A stretch of 64,000 nt of DNA from positions 1,344,001 through 1,408,000 of the forward strand of contig OZ242220.1 in NCBI GenBank assembly GCA_965206745.1. The letters are read 5' to 3'. Under the pieces are notes generated by a model. It saw only the letters and a program-made list of their open reading frames with translations. It searched no databases and had not been told where the DNA came from. This DNA is from Nitrosopumilus sp. GTDB lineage: Archaea > Thermoproteota > Nitrososphaeria > Nitrososphaerales > Nitrosopumilaceae. This document shows, piece by piece, positions 9,632 to 19,492 of this stretch (its first letter is position 1; every line of letters begins with the position of its first letter). Position numbers and translations under genes: made by a program.

Positions 9632-10210
9632 TTACAGTCCTATCGCACTAATGATTTTATCAGCTGCTTCATCAACCTTTCCCTCGCCATTGAGCACATG
9701 TCGTACCGGTGCTCCGGTGATTACAGCACAGGCAGAAATCATACCTGATTGAATATCTAGCTCTTTTTTAATATTAGCCAAGGTAATTTTGTCCCTGTTC
9801 CTAGTATCATCCTTCATTCGTCGATTATAGATTTCTTCGGGTTTTGCAGACACGGATACAAAGTTTGTGGGTCGGATGATTTTGAGGACATGCTCAGGCA
9901 ACCCAGGATAGTAGCCCTCTGGAGAATTGATAAAGGCATGGGTGTCAATGATGATGATCTCTTCAGTACGGGAGGCAATTTTTTCTGCTGCTACCTTTTG
10001 AAGATGTTGTTGTTCGGAGACAGGCAGCTTTCTAAGATCGTCCCTGCTAACAACGCCGTTTTCTTTAGCAACCTCAAACATCAGAGTCCCATAACTAATC
10101 ATGTGGACATTTTTTTCGTGATTCTTTAGAATTTCAACAATTTTGGATAGCAATGTAGTTTTTCCAACACCTGGAATTCCTATCATCACTATTTTTTTAT
10201 TTTCTGCCAA
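9632..10210 (-). CDS. adkA: adenylate kinase (archaeal)
   Basis: GIPGVGKTT, DTHA, YPGLP, RRMKDDTRNRD; TTG start at 10210 preferred. Confidence 0.95.
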   Translation of the reverse strand: MAENKKIVMIGIPGVGKTTLLSKIVEILKNHEKNVHMISYGTLMFEVAKENGVVSRDDLRKLPVSEQQHLQKVAAEKIASRTEEIIIIDTHAFINSPEGYYPGLPEHVLKIIRPTNFVSVSAKPEEIYNRRMKDDTRNRDKITLANIKKELDIQSGMISACAVITGAPVRHVLNGEGKVDEAADKIISAIGL

Positions 10211-11630
10211 GTAAAGCACCCAAACGCGGCATGACGACCTCAACTTGTTCCTTAACTAGCTGTGTATAGTAGTTGATAAGAATATCCACCATAAGTAAAA
10301 TTCCGATTCCAGATCCAAAGACCCCCAGCACATCAGACACGCCTGCCAATCCTCCCAGAATCATAGAGCCGATTATGGTAACTGATGGAATGTATTTATT
10401 TAACAGCGCCTCAACTGGTGCATGTGATCTTCTAAATCCGGGAATTTGTACGTCGGCATCAAGCAAGTTTTGAGCTGCACTCTTTGGAGACAATCCGCCT
10501 AGTTCAACCCACAATCTACCAAACACAACTACAATTCCAATCATAAACAGAACGTAACCTACTGCACGCATTGGATCCTCCGCTGCCACATCCAAACCTC
10601 TCGGCGGGGTGATGTAGTAGATGATACCGCCGATGGGAGTGTTGGGGCTGGTTATATCAAATTGCGCTATAATGTTCATAAAGAAATCATTGTTTCTTGG
10701 ATTCGCATTTGCCCACAGCATTTGGAATATGAAGACGGCGTTTGCAGTAAGTGCTGAAGCCAAAATGACAGGAATGTTTGAGACGTACATTAACTTGATT
10801 GGGTAAACAGCAGAGAAACCTCTGTATTTAGTGGAAACGATAGGAATCTCAATTTTGATACCCTGGGTAAATACAAGCACTAGCAATATTCCTGCCGTAA
10901 GAAGCAATCCAAAGATACTCGGCAGTTGATTCGAACGGAAGAAGACATCTAGAATTTCCCCACCGCCAGTCAAGGATTGGATGGCATATGGAATAATACC
11001 AATCACTCCTCCATCTCCGGCAGGCAGCGGACTGAACATGCTCCAGAGAATCTGCTGGGCAACACCGGCCATAATGAACAAGCTGATTCCACTGCCAAGT
11101 CCCCAACCTTTCTGAATTAACTCATCCAAAAACATGATAAGGACAGAGGCGGCCATTAGCTGGCCGATTATAACATACAAAACATAGGGTTCAGTTACGC
11201 CAGGCCCATAAACAGCTATAGCATATACAATAGATTCGGCAACAATTACAACATATGTGACCAATTTAGTGGCAGTTTGGAAGATTCCTCTTTCCTCTGG
11301 CTTTTTGAAATCAAATTTTAGGATATCTGAACCTCTCAGCAATTGCATCAAGAGACCAGCTGTGACTATGGGACCTATACCTAATTCGACTAGGGTACCT
11401 TGTTGGGATGCGAAAATAACCCTAGCAAAGGCTAGGAAGTCAAACTGTGGTGCAGTTGCTCCAAACAGAGGAGTCTGGCCCATAATCATGTAGATAAGCA
11501 ATGCAATTCCACACCAGAGCAGTCTAACCTGAAGCGGGATCTTCTTTTTTGGTTTTGGAACTTGTGGCAGATAAGGTTCTGCTTTAAAAACAACTTTTCG
11601 AATAATGCCAGTTATGCTACCTTCAGCCAT
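10197..11630 (-). CDS. secY: protein translocase subunit SecY
   Basis: ELGIGPIVTAGLLMQLL, GWGLGSGISLFI, YPIKLMYVSNIP, IPGFR. Confidence 0.98.
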   Translation of the reverse strand: MAEGSITGIIRKVVFKAEPYLPQVPKPKKKIPLQVRLLWCGIALLIYMIMGQTPLFGATAPQFDFLAFARVIFASQQGTLVELGIGPIVTAGLLMQLLRGSDILKFDFKKPEERGIFQTATKLVTYVVIVAESIVYAIAVYGPGVTEPYVLYVIIGQLMAASVLIMFLDELIQKGWGLGSGISLFIMAGVAQQILWSMFSPLPAGDGGVIGIIPYAIQSLTGGGEILDVFFRSNQLPSIFGLLLTAGILLVLVFTQGIKIEIPIVSTKYRGFSAVYPIKLMYVSNIPVILASALTANAVFIFQMLWANANPRNNDFFMNIIAQFDITSPNTPIGGIIYYITPPRGLDVAAEDPMRAVGYVLFMIGIVVVFGRLWVELGGLSPKSAAQNLLDADVQIPGFRRSHAPVEALLNKYIPSVTIIGSMILGGLAGVSDVLGVFGSGIGILLMVDILINYYTQLVKEQVEVVMPRLGALLGRK

Positions 11631-12048
11631 TATCAGATAACACCTCTCCACCAACAGCTTTTAATTTTTCTTCAGCAGACGCAGTAAATTGCTGAACTTT
11701 GACGGAATATGCATTTGCTAGTTTTCCGCCACCAAGAAGCTTTTTGTATCCTGCACCTGCAAGGTCTACAATTTTCTTACCGCCTTCTTCCTTACCGAAC
11801 TTTGCAAACAAGTCATCAAGATCTCTTAGACTTGCCCATTTTTTTATGATATTTGGGTGAGGTGTTTTAGGGATATCGTGGTTGTAGTGATCTGGATCTT
11901 CTTTTATCATGGTGCTTCTATGATGTTTCTTCATACCGGTAACTCCAAGACCACCTTTGTGACCGCTGGCACGGTGTTGGCCCACTTGCCCCCATCCCAT
12001 GTGTCGTCCGCCTCTAAGTCGTCTTGTTTTTCGCAATCTGGATGCCAT
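11623..12048 (-). CDS. rpl15: 50S ribosomal protein uL15
   Basis: RGGRHMGWG..GQHR..G..GG.G, KLLGGG; operon position. Confidence 0.96.
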   Translation of the reverse strand: MASRLRKTRRLRGGRHMGWGQVGQHRASGHKGGLGVTGMKKHHRSTMIKEDPDHYNHDIPKTPHPNIIKKWASLRDLDDLFAKFGKEEGGKKIVDLAGAGYKKLLGGGKLANAYSVKVQQFTASAEEKLKAVGGEVLSDNG

Positions 12049-12049
12049 G

Positions 12050-12517
12050 TTAAATCATCCTCCTTACAATAGTGTCAAGTTCCTTATTTGATCCAAGAAT
12101 GCCTTTCTGTCCATATAGTTTCTTTGTACTTCTTTTGAACCCATGTACAGGAGGTGCCAAAGCAAACCAGGGTTTTAGGGGTTTTAGCTTTGATAGGGTT
12201 GCTTTGCCTTCAGCTAAGGCAGTCCCCAATTCCTCAGCACTTGCGAATCCAAGCTCCTTTAAATCTTCAGAGGTTGCTTTCTGATAGCCACCTTTTCTAG
12301 CCTTTTTATCGACTAGTTCAGTTGCCAAAGACGCATCAATTTCAACCCAAGATACATAGTGCTGTATCTTTCTTAACATGCCCAAAGTGTTGTCCTTGGC
12401 AGGAAGAATAGTTGCACGGTATTTTTTATCTAATTGTAAGAGCATCATAGTATGGGTGGCCCAATACGGACAGTCAGCCTGACCCTTTATTCTAACAACG
12501 AGGTATGCATTTGCCAC
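12050..12517 (-). CDS. rpl30: 50S ribosomal protein uL30
   Basis: VVRIKG, GMLRKIQHYVSWVE, LAPPVHGF; between rps5 and rpl15. Confidence 0.95.
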   Translation of the reverse strand: MANAYLVVRIKGQADCPYWATHTMMLLQLDKKYRATILPAKDNTLGMLRKIQHYVSWVEIDASLATELVDKKARKGGYQKATSEDLKELGFASAEELGTALAEGKATLSKLKPLKPWFALAPPVHGFKRSTKKLYGQKGILGSNKELDTIVRRMI

Positions 12518-12523
12518 TATCCA

Positions 12524-13243
12524 TCAACCCTGACTAAATGTCTGTCTAAGACAATCCAATACTGCTTTTGAAGTTGAATTCATCGTAGGGGTAGAACCTT
12601 TTGCCGTAGTCCATGCATCCTTAAGACCTGCCAACTCCAATAATCGTTTAATTTTACCACCTGCTACAAGACCCAAACCGCGAGGTGCAGGAATGATCTC
12701 GATTGTAACACTGCCACCTTTTCCTTTGACTTTGAATGGTACAGAGTGCTTTTGATCACATCTACATTCCCAACTACCACATCCCATTTTGATGGGTTGG
12801 ACATTAAGGAATGCTTGACTGGTTGCCTTTTCAATGGCAATTCGCATTTGTTTTGATTTTCCTTGTCCAATACCCAAGTATCCATTCTCATTGCCGGCAG
12901 CAACAATTGCTTTGAACCTGGTTGATTGGCCATTTGAAGTCATTTTTTGAATAATGCCTACATCGACAACCTCATTTTTCAAGTCAGGCAACAGTTTCTT
13001 TATTATTCCTGATTCTTGAATACGCAATCCAGATTCGATAATTTCTTCCAAGGATGAAATTTCCCCAGAGGAAACCTTTTTTCCCAGAACGGTTTTTGGG
13101 ATCCACACTTCTTCTTCCGGTTCTCTTCTTGGTCGTCTCGGACGGTCTCCGCCTTTAACTCCTCCCGGAGGACCACTCCCGTATATTGGCGGACCTCTAC
13201 CTCTCCCACCTTGGCCGGGTTTGGATTGTGCTGACTGACTCAT
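12524..13243 (-). CDS. rps5: 30S ribosomal protein uS5
   Basis: WIPKTVLG, GCGSWEC, PAPRGLGLVAG. Confidence 0.97.
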   Translation of the reverse strand: MSQSAQSKPGQGGRGRGPPIYGSGPPGGVKGGDRPRRPRREPEEEVWIPKTVLGKKVSSGEISSLEEIIESGLRIQESGIIKKLLPDLKNEVVDVGIIQKMTSNGQSTRFKAIVAAGNENGYLGIGQGKSKQMRIAIEKATSQAFLNVQPIKMGCGSWECRCDQKHSVPFKVKGKGGSVTIEIIPAPRGLGLVAGGKIKRLLELAGLKDAWTTAKGSTPTMNSTSKAVLDCLRQTFSQG

Positions 13244-13247
13244 GTCT

Positions 13248-13730
13248 CTATTTGACCTCACCGTCAATTGAAGACTTTATTTTTGAAATTTCATTTTTTA
13301 CTGTCAAGTGCTCGCCGTTAATTCTTTCCTCAGAGGGAAAAGTTTCAGAGTCAGCTGGTACTTGGACACCGGCATCAATGACGCCTTTAAGGGCAGCTGC
13401 CATCCTTTGGGTATATCGTCTGGTTCCAGTATACAGTATCGCATCTTTGGCACCATTTCCTATTGCCTTTTTGCCGGCCAGATAACCAGTAAGGTATGCA
13501 GCAGGTACGCTCTTTCTAGAACCTTTCCATCCCTTTTCAAGCAGATATCTGGAATGGGCAGAGGCTATGACTTTGTCGCCAGTCATGCCAGGCTTTAGGA
13601 TTTGAACTGAGGTATTTTCATTAGTGATATTTACAGTGATGAAATCACGCTTGCCCATAAGCATGGTTCCGCGCTTTTTATAATTGGTTTTTTCTTCCCT
13701 TAGCCTTCTCAATATTTTTGAATATGCCAT
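13248..13730 (-). CDS. rpl18: 50S ribosomal protein uL18
   Basis: RLREEKTNYKKR, PAAYLTG, GVIDAG, RINGEH. Confidence 0.96.
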   Translation of the reverse strand: MAYSKILRRLREEKTNYKKRGTMLMGKRDFITVNITNENTSVQILKPGMTGDKVIASAHSRYLLEKGWKGSRKSVPAAYLTGYLAGKKAIGNGAKDAILYTGTRRYTQRMAAALKGVIDAGVQVPADSETFPSEERINGEHLTVKNEISKIKSSIDGEVK

Positions 13731-13968
13731 CTATAGAAACCGAGTTTGAATCTGCTCTTATATACGTAATGTGGAAATTTATCTTAATTTAACAAAGTAG
13801 ACAATTTTTCCACCATATGTAATGATGTCATCACATTAGACAAAGTCCAAAAAACATGGCAATCAAAACAGGGCCATTCATGATAAAATTACAAAAAAGT
13901 ATTTTCTAGAACCATTACGTGAGCAAAAATTAATGCGATCTAATATTTTTCCAATCATAGAAATAAGA

Positions 13969-14883
13969 TCAAGCATGAATTAGGGCGGCAAGTAAAGCCT
14001 TTTGTGTATGTAAACGATTTTCTGTCTCATCCCAAACGGCAGATTGAGGACCATCAATTACAGAGGAAGTAACTTCCTGTCCCCTCTTTGCTGGAAGGCA
14101 GTGTAAAAAAATTGCATCATCATTTGCAGTTTGCATCAGTTTTGAGTTAACTTGGTACTTTGGAGGAAACTTTTTGGTTCGTTTCGGATCACAGTTATGA
14201 ATTGACGTGTATGTATCAGTTACAATTACATCTGCATTCTTTGTTGCAATTAATGGATCTGCAGTTATCTCAATATTGGAAGATTTTTGGGATTCTTTAA
14301 CAACATTCTTTTTAGGTTCAAATCCTTTTGGAGTTGCAACAGACATGTCAATTCCAAACAAGGCGGCACCGTAAATCATAGAATTGCACACATTATTCCC
14401 ATCGCCTATCCATGCAATCTTTAATCCTTTGAATCTCTTTTTCTTTTCCTTGATTGTCATAAAATCTGCCAAGATTTGACATGGGTGAAATGAATCAGAG
14501 AGCCCATTAATTATAGGAATATCCGCATTCTCAGATAATTTTTCCAACAACCCATGATCATATACACGAGCCATTATGCAATCAGTATATCGCGAAAGAG
14601 TTTTTGCAGTATCCTCAACAGATTCGCCCCTAGATAGCTGCATGTCATTTGAAGATAGATTGATGGCATGCCCGCCTAACTGATACATTCCAATTTCAAA
14701 ACTTACACGAGTTCGAGTGGATGGTTTTTGAAAAATCATAGTCAGTGTTTTATTTTTCAAAAGGGGTTTGCTTACTCCTTTCTGAAGTTCTTTTTTTAAT
14801 TTAATCGAATGGTCAATTAATCCTAAAAATTCCTTTGGCGATAGTTCAGCTAAAGTGAGTAAATCTTTGGTTTTGAGTTTCAT
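13969..14883 (-). CDS. argF: ornithine carbamoyltransferase
   Basis: [27 protein letters not shown]. Confidence 0.96.
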   Translation of the reverse strand: MKLKTKDLLTLAELSPKEFLGLIDHSIKLKKELQKGVSKPLLKNKTLTMIFQKPSTRTRVSFEIGMYQLGGHAINLSSNDMQLSRGESVEDTAKTLSRYTDCIMARVYDHGLLEKLSENADIPIINGLSDSFHPCQILADFMTIKEKKKRFKGLKIAWIGDGNNVCNSMIYGAALFGIDMSVATPKGFEPKKNVVKESQKSSNIEITADPLIATKNADVIVTDTYTSIHNCDPKRTKKFPPKYQVNSKLMQTANDDAIFLHCLPAKRGQEVTSSVIDGPQSAVWDETENRLHTQKALLAALIHA

Positions 14884-16214
14884 TTTTTAAAGAATCCGAA
14901 TCGTCCTCGTTTCTTTTCAGGTTTGTCTTCTTTATCATGTTTTTGTATTTCTTTATCGTTATTCTCATTAGCATCAACTGATTCTCCGGGTTTAGGTCGC
15001 CCATCTCCAATCCATTGACGAATCTTATTAGCCAAATCGATTGCGTCGCGGTCATTTGCAGGTGGGGCAATATCAAACAGATCAGAATATGTTGCAATGT
15101 CTCCATCCAGAATTCCTTCAAACAGATCATCTGAATTAATCTGTGGTTCTGGTGTTGGTTCAGGTTCTGGTGTTGGTTCAGGTTCTGGTGTTGGTTCAGG
15201 TTCTGGTGTTGGTTCAGGTTCTGGTGTTGGTTCAGGTTCTGGTGTTGGTTCAGGTTCTGGTGTTGGTTCAGGTTCTGGTGTCGGTGTTTCTTCAATATTC
15301 ACATTATCTAATGAGCCAAAGACAGTTTCTAGAAAAAGTTCCTTGTCAAAAGGTTTGAGATCAGGATACTCCTGACCGACTCCAACATAAAGAACGGGAG
15401 TTGAAGTGACTTTAACTATAGATAAAGCAGCGCCACCTCTTGCATCAGCATCACTCTTTGTTAAAATCGAGCCATCAAATTTCACATATTCAAAAAATTC
15501 GCGGGCTTGGTTCACAGTATCGTTTCCTGCTAAAGAGTCACCTACAAAAATTTTCATGTCAGGATTTACTACTTTGGTAATTTTTTCAATTTGTTCCATC
15601 AGATTCTTACTTGTTTGCATTCTTCCGGCAGTGTCGATTAATACACAGTCAGTTTTGTGTGATCTTGCGTACAGAACTGCATCTCGTGCAACAGCCGCAG
15701 GATCTGAGTTGTAATTTTGTGCAACAAGTTTCAAGTTTAGGCGATTTGCATGTTCTCGTAATTGCTCAATGGCACCAGCTCTAAAAGTATCAGCAGCTGC
15801 AATTACAACAGAATATTTTCCTTCTTTTAACATATAAGCAACTTTAGCTAGCGATGTGGTTTTGCCAGTACCATTAATGCCAACAAATAAAATCAAAAAT
15901 GGCTGTCCCTGCTTTTTTTTTTCATTGATTCTTTCAAAGAGATTTACTTTCCCTGCAGAATCAAATAATGTAGAGATACTAGAAATTAAGCTATCTTTTA
16001 CAAATTTTTCAATCTCATTTTTATCAACCTTTGAACCAATTAATTTTTCTTTAAGATCAGATTTAATTGAATCAATTACCTCAAGTGCAACGTCAGATTC
16101 TAAGAGAGACATCTCTAATTCAAAGAGAGTGTTTTCCACATCTTTTTCGCCAAGTTCTTTTTCTCCGAGACTTTTTGCTACATTTGAGAATGCACTTCGG
16201 AGCTTATCAAACAT
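14880..16214 (-). CDS. ftsY: SRP receptor FtsY with C-terminal Pro/Glu-rich extension
   Basis: [35 protein letters not shown]. Confidence 0.97.
   Translation of the reverse strand: MFDKLRSAFSNVAKSLGEKELGEKDVENTLFELEMSLLESDVALEVIDSIKSDLKEKLIGSKVDKNEIEKFVKDSLISSISTLFDSAGKVNLFERINEKKKQGQPFLILFVGINGTGKTTSLAKVAYMLKEGKYSVVIAAADTFRAGAIEQLREHANRLNLKLVAQNYNSDPAAVARDAVLYARSHKTDCVLIDTAGRMQTSKNLMEQIEKITKVVNPDMKIFVGDSLAGNDTVNQAREFFEYVKFDGSILTKSDADARGGAALSIVKVTSTPVLYVGVGQEYPDLKPFDKELFLETVFGSLDNVNIEETPTPEPEPTPEPEPTPEPEPTPEPEPTPEPEPTPEPEPTPEPEPTPEPQINSDDLFEGILDGDIATYSDLFDIAPPANDRDAIDLANKIRQWIGDGRPKPGESVDANENNDKEIQKHDKEDKPEKKRGRFGFFKK
15145..15285. repeat. 18-bp tandem repeat GGTTCTGGTGTTGGTTCA, 7 perfect copies plus a partial one, encoding (TPEPEP)n in FtsY
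   Basis: Read directly in the sequence. Confidence 0.97.
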
Positions 16215-16217
16215 GTT

Positions 16218-16646
16218 TTATCCCGAAGATGGAGGGCGTTGCATATTTTGCATCATTTGATTCATCCGTGCTTTTCCTTGCTCTAATTGAGCGGCCGCAT
16301 CTTGTTTTTTTGCAGCATTGTCCTGCAATGCAATTTCAATTTCTTTAATTTTCGCTTCAAGGTAATTTATTGCAGAGGGAAAATCTTTTTCGACTGCAAT
16401 TCCAGCGCCGATATTCAATACAATCTTGGAATTAGATGAAATTTTTGTGGGAATATATGTGCCCTCTCCAATTGGAACCAGAGTTTCAGATTCTGGATTC
16501 TTGCCAAGTGATTGAAGTGATTCAACGCAAGCAGTCGTTGCTCTTAAAAAATTCATAAAAGAGATTTCTCTTTGAGATAAATCAGAAAAATACGTTTCAA
16601 GCATTTGCATCTGTTGTACCAACTGCTCTGCCTGTTCTTCACTCAT
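16218..16646 (-). CDS. pfdA: prefoldin subunit alpha
   Basis: LVPIGEGTY, LNIGAGIAVEK, coiled-coil flanks; upstream of ftsY. Confidence 0.95.
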   Translation of the reverse strand: MSEEQAEQLVQQMQMLETYFSDLSQREISFMNFLRATTACVESLQSLGKNPESETLVPIGEGTYIPTKISSNSKIVLNIGAGIAVEKDFPSAINYLEAKIKEIEIALQDNAAKKQDAAAQLEQGKARMNQMMQNMQRPPSSG

Positions 16647-16748
16647 GTACAACAAACATTTTTCTGACGGTTATAAATTCATTCATGAATTTAGAAAAAA
16701 TCAACTAAAAATAGATTAAAAAAGATATAAAAAAATAAAGATTTGACT

Positions 16749-17369
16749 TTATTTTGCTTTAGAGAATCTAGATTCTACTTCATCCCAATTAACCACATTC
16801 CACCATGCCGCAATGTAGGCAGGTCTTTTGTTTTGGTAGTTGAGATAGTATGCATGCTCCCACACATCACAGCCAAGCAATGGAATCAGTCCTTTAGTTC
16901 TTGGACTAGTTTGATTTGGCATTGATTTGTACTCAACCTTTCCTGAAGAAGGATTGTATACTAACCATCCCCAACCACTGCCTTGGATTACAGCTGTAGT
17001 AGATGAAAATTTCTCTTTAAAGTCAGAAAAGCTTCCAAAGGAACCGTTGATTGCATCAGCAATTGATCCTCCAGGCTCTCCGCCTCCATTTTGTTTCATG
17101 TTATTCCAAAATAACCTATGGTTATCATAACCACCACCGTTGAAGTTAATTGCGCCTCTTTGAGCTTCTGGTATTGAGTTAATATCAGACAAGATCTCAA
17201 GGATGTCTTTCTCTTGGATGTCAGCAGGACATGCTTCAAGAGCTGCATTTAGTTTGTCAGTGTATGCTTGATGATGTTTTGTGTGGTGAATCTCCATTGT
17301 TTTTGAATCAATGTGAGGTTCCAATGCATCATAGGCATATGGCATTTCAGGAAGAGTGTATTTTCCCAT
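16749..17369 (-). CDS. sod: Fe/Mn superoxide dismutase
   Basis: HHTKHH, NHRLFW, GSGWGWL, DVWEHAYY. Confidence 0.98.
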   Translation of the reverse strand: MGKYTLPEMPYAYDALEPHIDSKTMEIHHTKHHQAYTDKLNAALEACPADIQEKDILEILSDINSIPEAQRGAINFNGGGYDNHRLFWNNMKQNGGGEPGGSIADAINGSFGSFSDFKEKFSSTTAVIQGSGWGWLVYNPSSGKVEYKSMPNQTSPRTKGLIPLLGCDVWEHAYYLNYQNKRPAYIAAWWNVVNWDEVESRFSKAK

Positions 17370-17431
17370 ACATGAGTTGAGAATTTATTCAATTTATTGC
17401 TTTAGTAAGCAATTCATTTTTACTTGTTAAA

Positions 17432-19492
17432 TTGATTGGAAAATTTGTGAAAACCACAGTAATTTTATCATTATCCATAGCATTTTTAGGAATTTTTATT
17501 TTATCGCATCAGTTAGAGCCTCAAAGTGAAATTAGGACATATCTGCAAAGAAGCACGCCATTTGTTGGTACAGACATTCCCAGAATGGACGGAATAGACG
17601 GATCAGGAATAAAAGTGGCAGTGATAGATACGGGTGTTGACTTTAATCATCCAGATCTTTTTGGGTGGGGACCTGAAGGTAAAGTGATCGGCGGTTTTAA
17701 TTTTATACATGAAGGCAGGCCGCCTCTAGATACAAATGGGCACGGAACCCAAGTTGCAGGGGTAATTGCAGCAGATGGGGAGATTGAGGGCGTCGCGCCA
17801 AAGGCAAAAATTTTAGCTTACAAAGTTTCTGAAAATGGGGAAGGGGTATCATCAGAATTAATTATCAGGGCAATTGAAAAAGCAATTGAGGATGAGGTAG
17901 ACATCATCAACATAAGCTTGGGAGTAAACAAAACAAATATGAAAATTGAACGTGCGGTAAACTTGGCATTGGAGAAAGAAATCTTTGTTGTAACAGCGGC
18001 TGGTAATGACGGGCCAGAATTAAAAACGATAGGTAGTCCTGGAAGGAACTTTGGATCAGTGACAGTGGGCGCAACATACAACAATCTGAATTCCAGTCTA
18101 GTTGCCACTTTACAAATTGATGAAAAACCATATACCATAATTCCAATGGTCGGATCTTCAAAGTTGGAAGAAGCAATTACAGGGAAAATAGTTTTTGGGA
18201 ATTATGGAAAAGTTGAGGATTTTGAGGGAATAGATGCAGAAAACGCAATAGTAATTGTAGAGCGTGGAAGTGATGTTGAGGAGGAATTACTGTATTTTTC
18301 CATCAAAGAGAAAAATGCCGCAAGGGCCGGAGCAAAGGCATTAATTGTTTACAACGACAAGCAGGGAATCTTTTTGGGCGAGTTGATTCATCAATTTGTT
18401 GAAACAGGATACATGCCACAAATTCCAGTAGTGTCCATAGACAGGGAGGAAGGGTTGGAGATCATAGAGTCATTAAAAGAGAACAGCAAAGGGGTGATGC
18501 ATTTGTTTTATAACCCAGATTTCGTAGGCCACTTTAGTTCCAGAGGACCGGTATCGCCATTTTATATCAAACCAGAAATTGTCGCGCCAGGTGCATACAT
18601 CAACACCACGCAAAATAACGCAGGCTATAACTTTACTAGTGGCACAAGTTATGCGGCTCCTCACGTGAGTGGGGCCGCAGCATTGCTTTTACAAAAAAAC
18701 CCCGAAATTCATCACCACGAAATCAAGTCCATATTATTGACCACCGTAAAGGACGTTTCAGACGCCTATGGCCAAGGGTTCTCAATTCATGAAGCAGGAT
18801 CTGGAAGATTGGATATTGGAAGTGCATACAACGCAAAGTTAATCATAATTCCACCCAATTTCGTAGCTAGTGTTTCACCTGAAAAATTGATTGTCGAGCA
18901 AAAATTCGACTTGAAGTTACTTGAGGGCACATTGAACGGTTTGGAGATAGAATTCGAAGGTCCGGAATTTATCAAATTTACACACATTCTTGAGGAAAAC
19001 ACATTGCTTGTAAAGATGAGTGTGGGTGAGGAGAGATTCGGGGAACACGAAGGAAGAATGATTCTCAACCATGAGGGCATCCGTTATGTCATCCCGTTCT
19101 TGTTGCATTATACGCAAGGTTCAATTTCCGTAACTCAACAGAATCAAAAACTTTACTTTGACATCGATCACCCAGAGGAATGGAGCTTTACTAAAATTTC
19201 AGTTGTAAATAGCAAGGATGGGAGCATATCAACTACAACTGCCACACCAGAAAAAAGGGCATCAATTAAAATTTATGAAAATACAGAATACTGGGTGGAT
19301 GCCAAAATTCGAGTAGACGGGAATGCGTCAAATGCCTTTAGTGCAATAAAAGTCAGTTCACTTGAAGAAGATCACGGCATAATAAACATACGAGACATAC
19401 CAGAAAAACAAATTGGGATAATCACCGTAATTCTAATTGGAATTGCAGTGTTTGGTATGGTTAAGAGAAAACAGTCTATTGTGGAATCTTAG
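17432..19492 (+). CDS. S8 subtilisin-like serine peptidase with PA domain, membrane-anchored
   Basis: VIDTG, HGTQVAG, AAGNDG, GTSYAAPHV triad motifs; PA insert; N- and C-terminal hydrophobic segments. Confidence 0.95.
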   Translation: MIGKFVKTTVILSLSIAFLGIFILSHQLEPQSEIRTYLQRSTPFVGTDIPRMDGIDGSGIKVAVIDTGVDFNHPDLFGWGPEGKVIGGFNFIHEGRPPLDTNGHGTQVAGVIAADGEIEGVAPKAKILAYKVSENGEGVSSELIIRAIEKAIEDEVDIINISLGVNKTNMKIERAVNLALEKEIFVVTAAGNDGPELKTIGSPGRNFGSVTVGATYNNLNSSLVATLQIDEKPYTIIPMVGSSKLEEAITGKIVFGNYGKVEDFEGIDAENAIVIVERGSDVEEELLYFSIKEKNAARAGAKALIVYNDKQGIFLGELIHQFVETGYMPQIPVVSIDREEGLEIIESLKENSKGVMHLFYNPDFVGHFSSRGPVSPFYIKPEIVAPGAYINTTQNNAGYNFTSGTSYAAPHVSGAAALLLQKNPEIHHHEIKSILLTTVKDVSDAYGQGFSIHEAGSGRLDIGSAYNAKLIIIPPNFVASVSPEKLIVEQKFDLKLLEGTLNGLEIEFEGPEFIKFTHILEENTLLVKMSVGEERFGEHEGRMILNHEGIRYVIPFLLHYTQGSISVTQQNQKLYFDIDHPEEWSFTKISVVNSKDGSISTTTATPEKRASIKIYENTEYWVDAKIRVDGNASNAFSAIKVSSLEEDHGIINIRDIPEKQIGIITVILIGIAVFGMVKRKQSIVES

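Noticed and set aside
15145-15285. Possible CRISPR array
   Set aside because: Head-to-tail repeats with no spacers, in frame within a gene; no cas genes.
14846-15375. ORFs with (HQNLNQ)n, (GSGVGS)n and (VLVLVQ)n repeats
   Set aside because: Alternative-frame readings of the 18-bp repeat inside ftsY.
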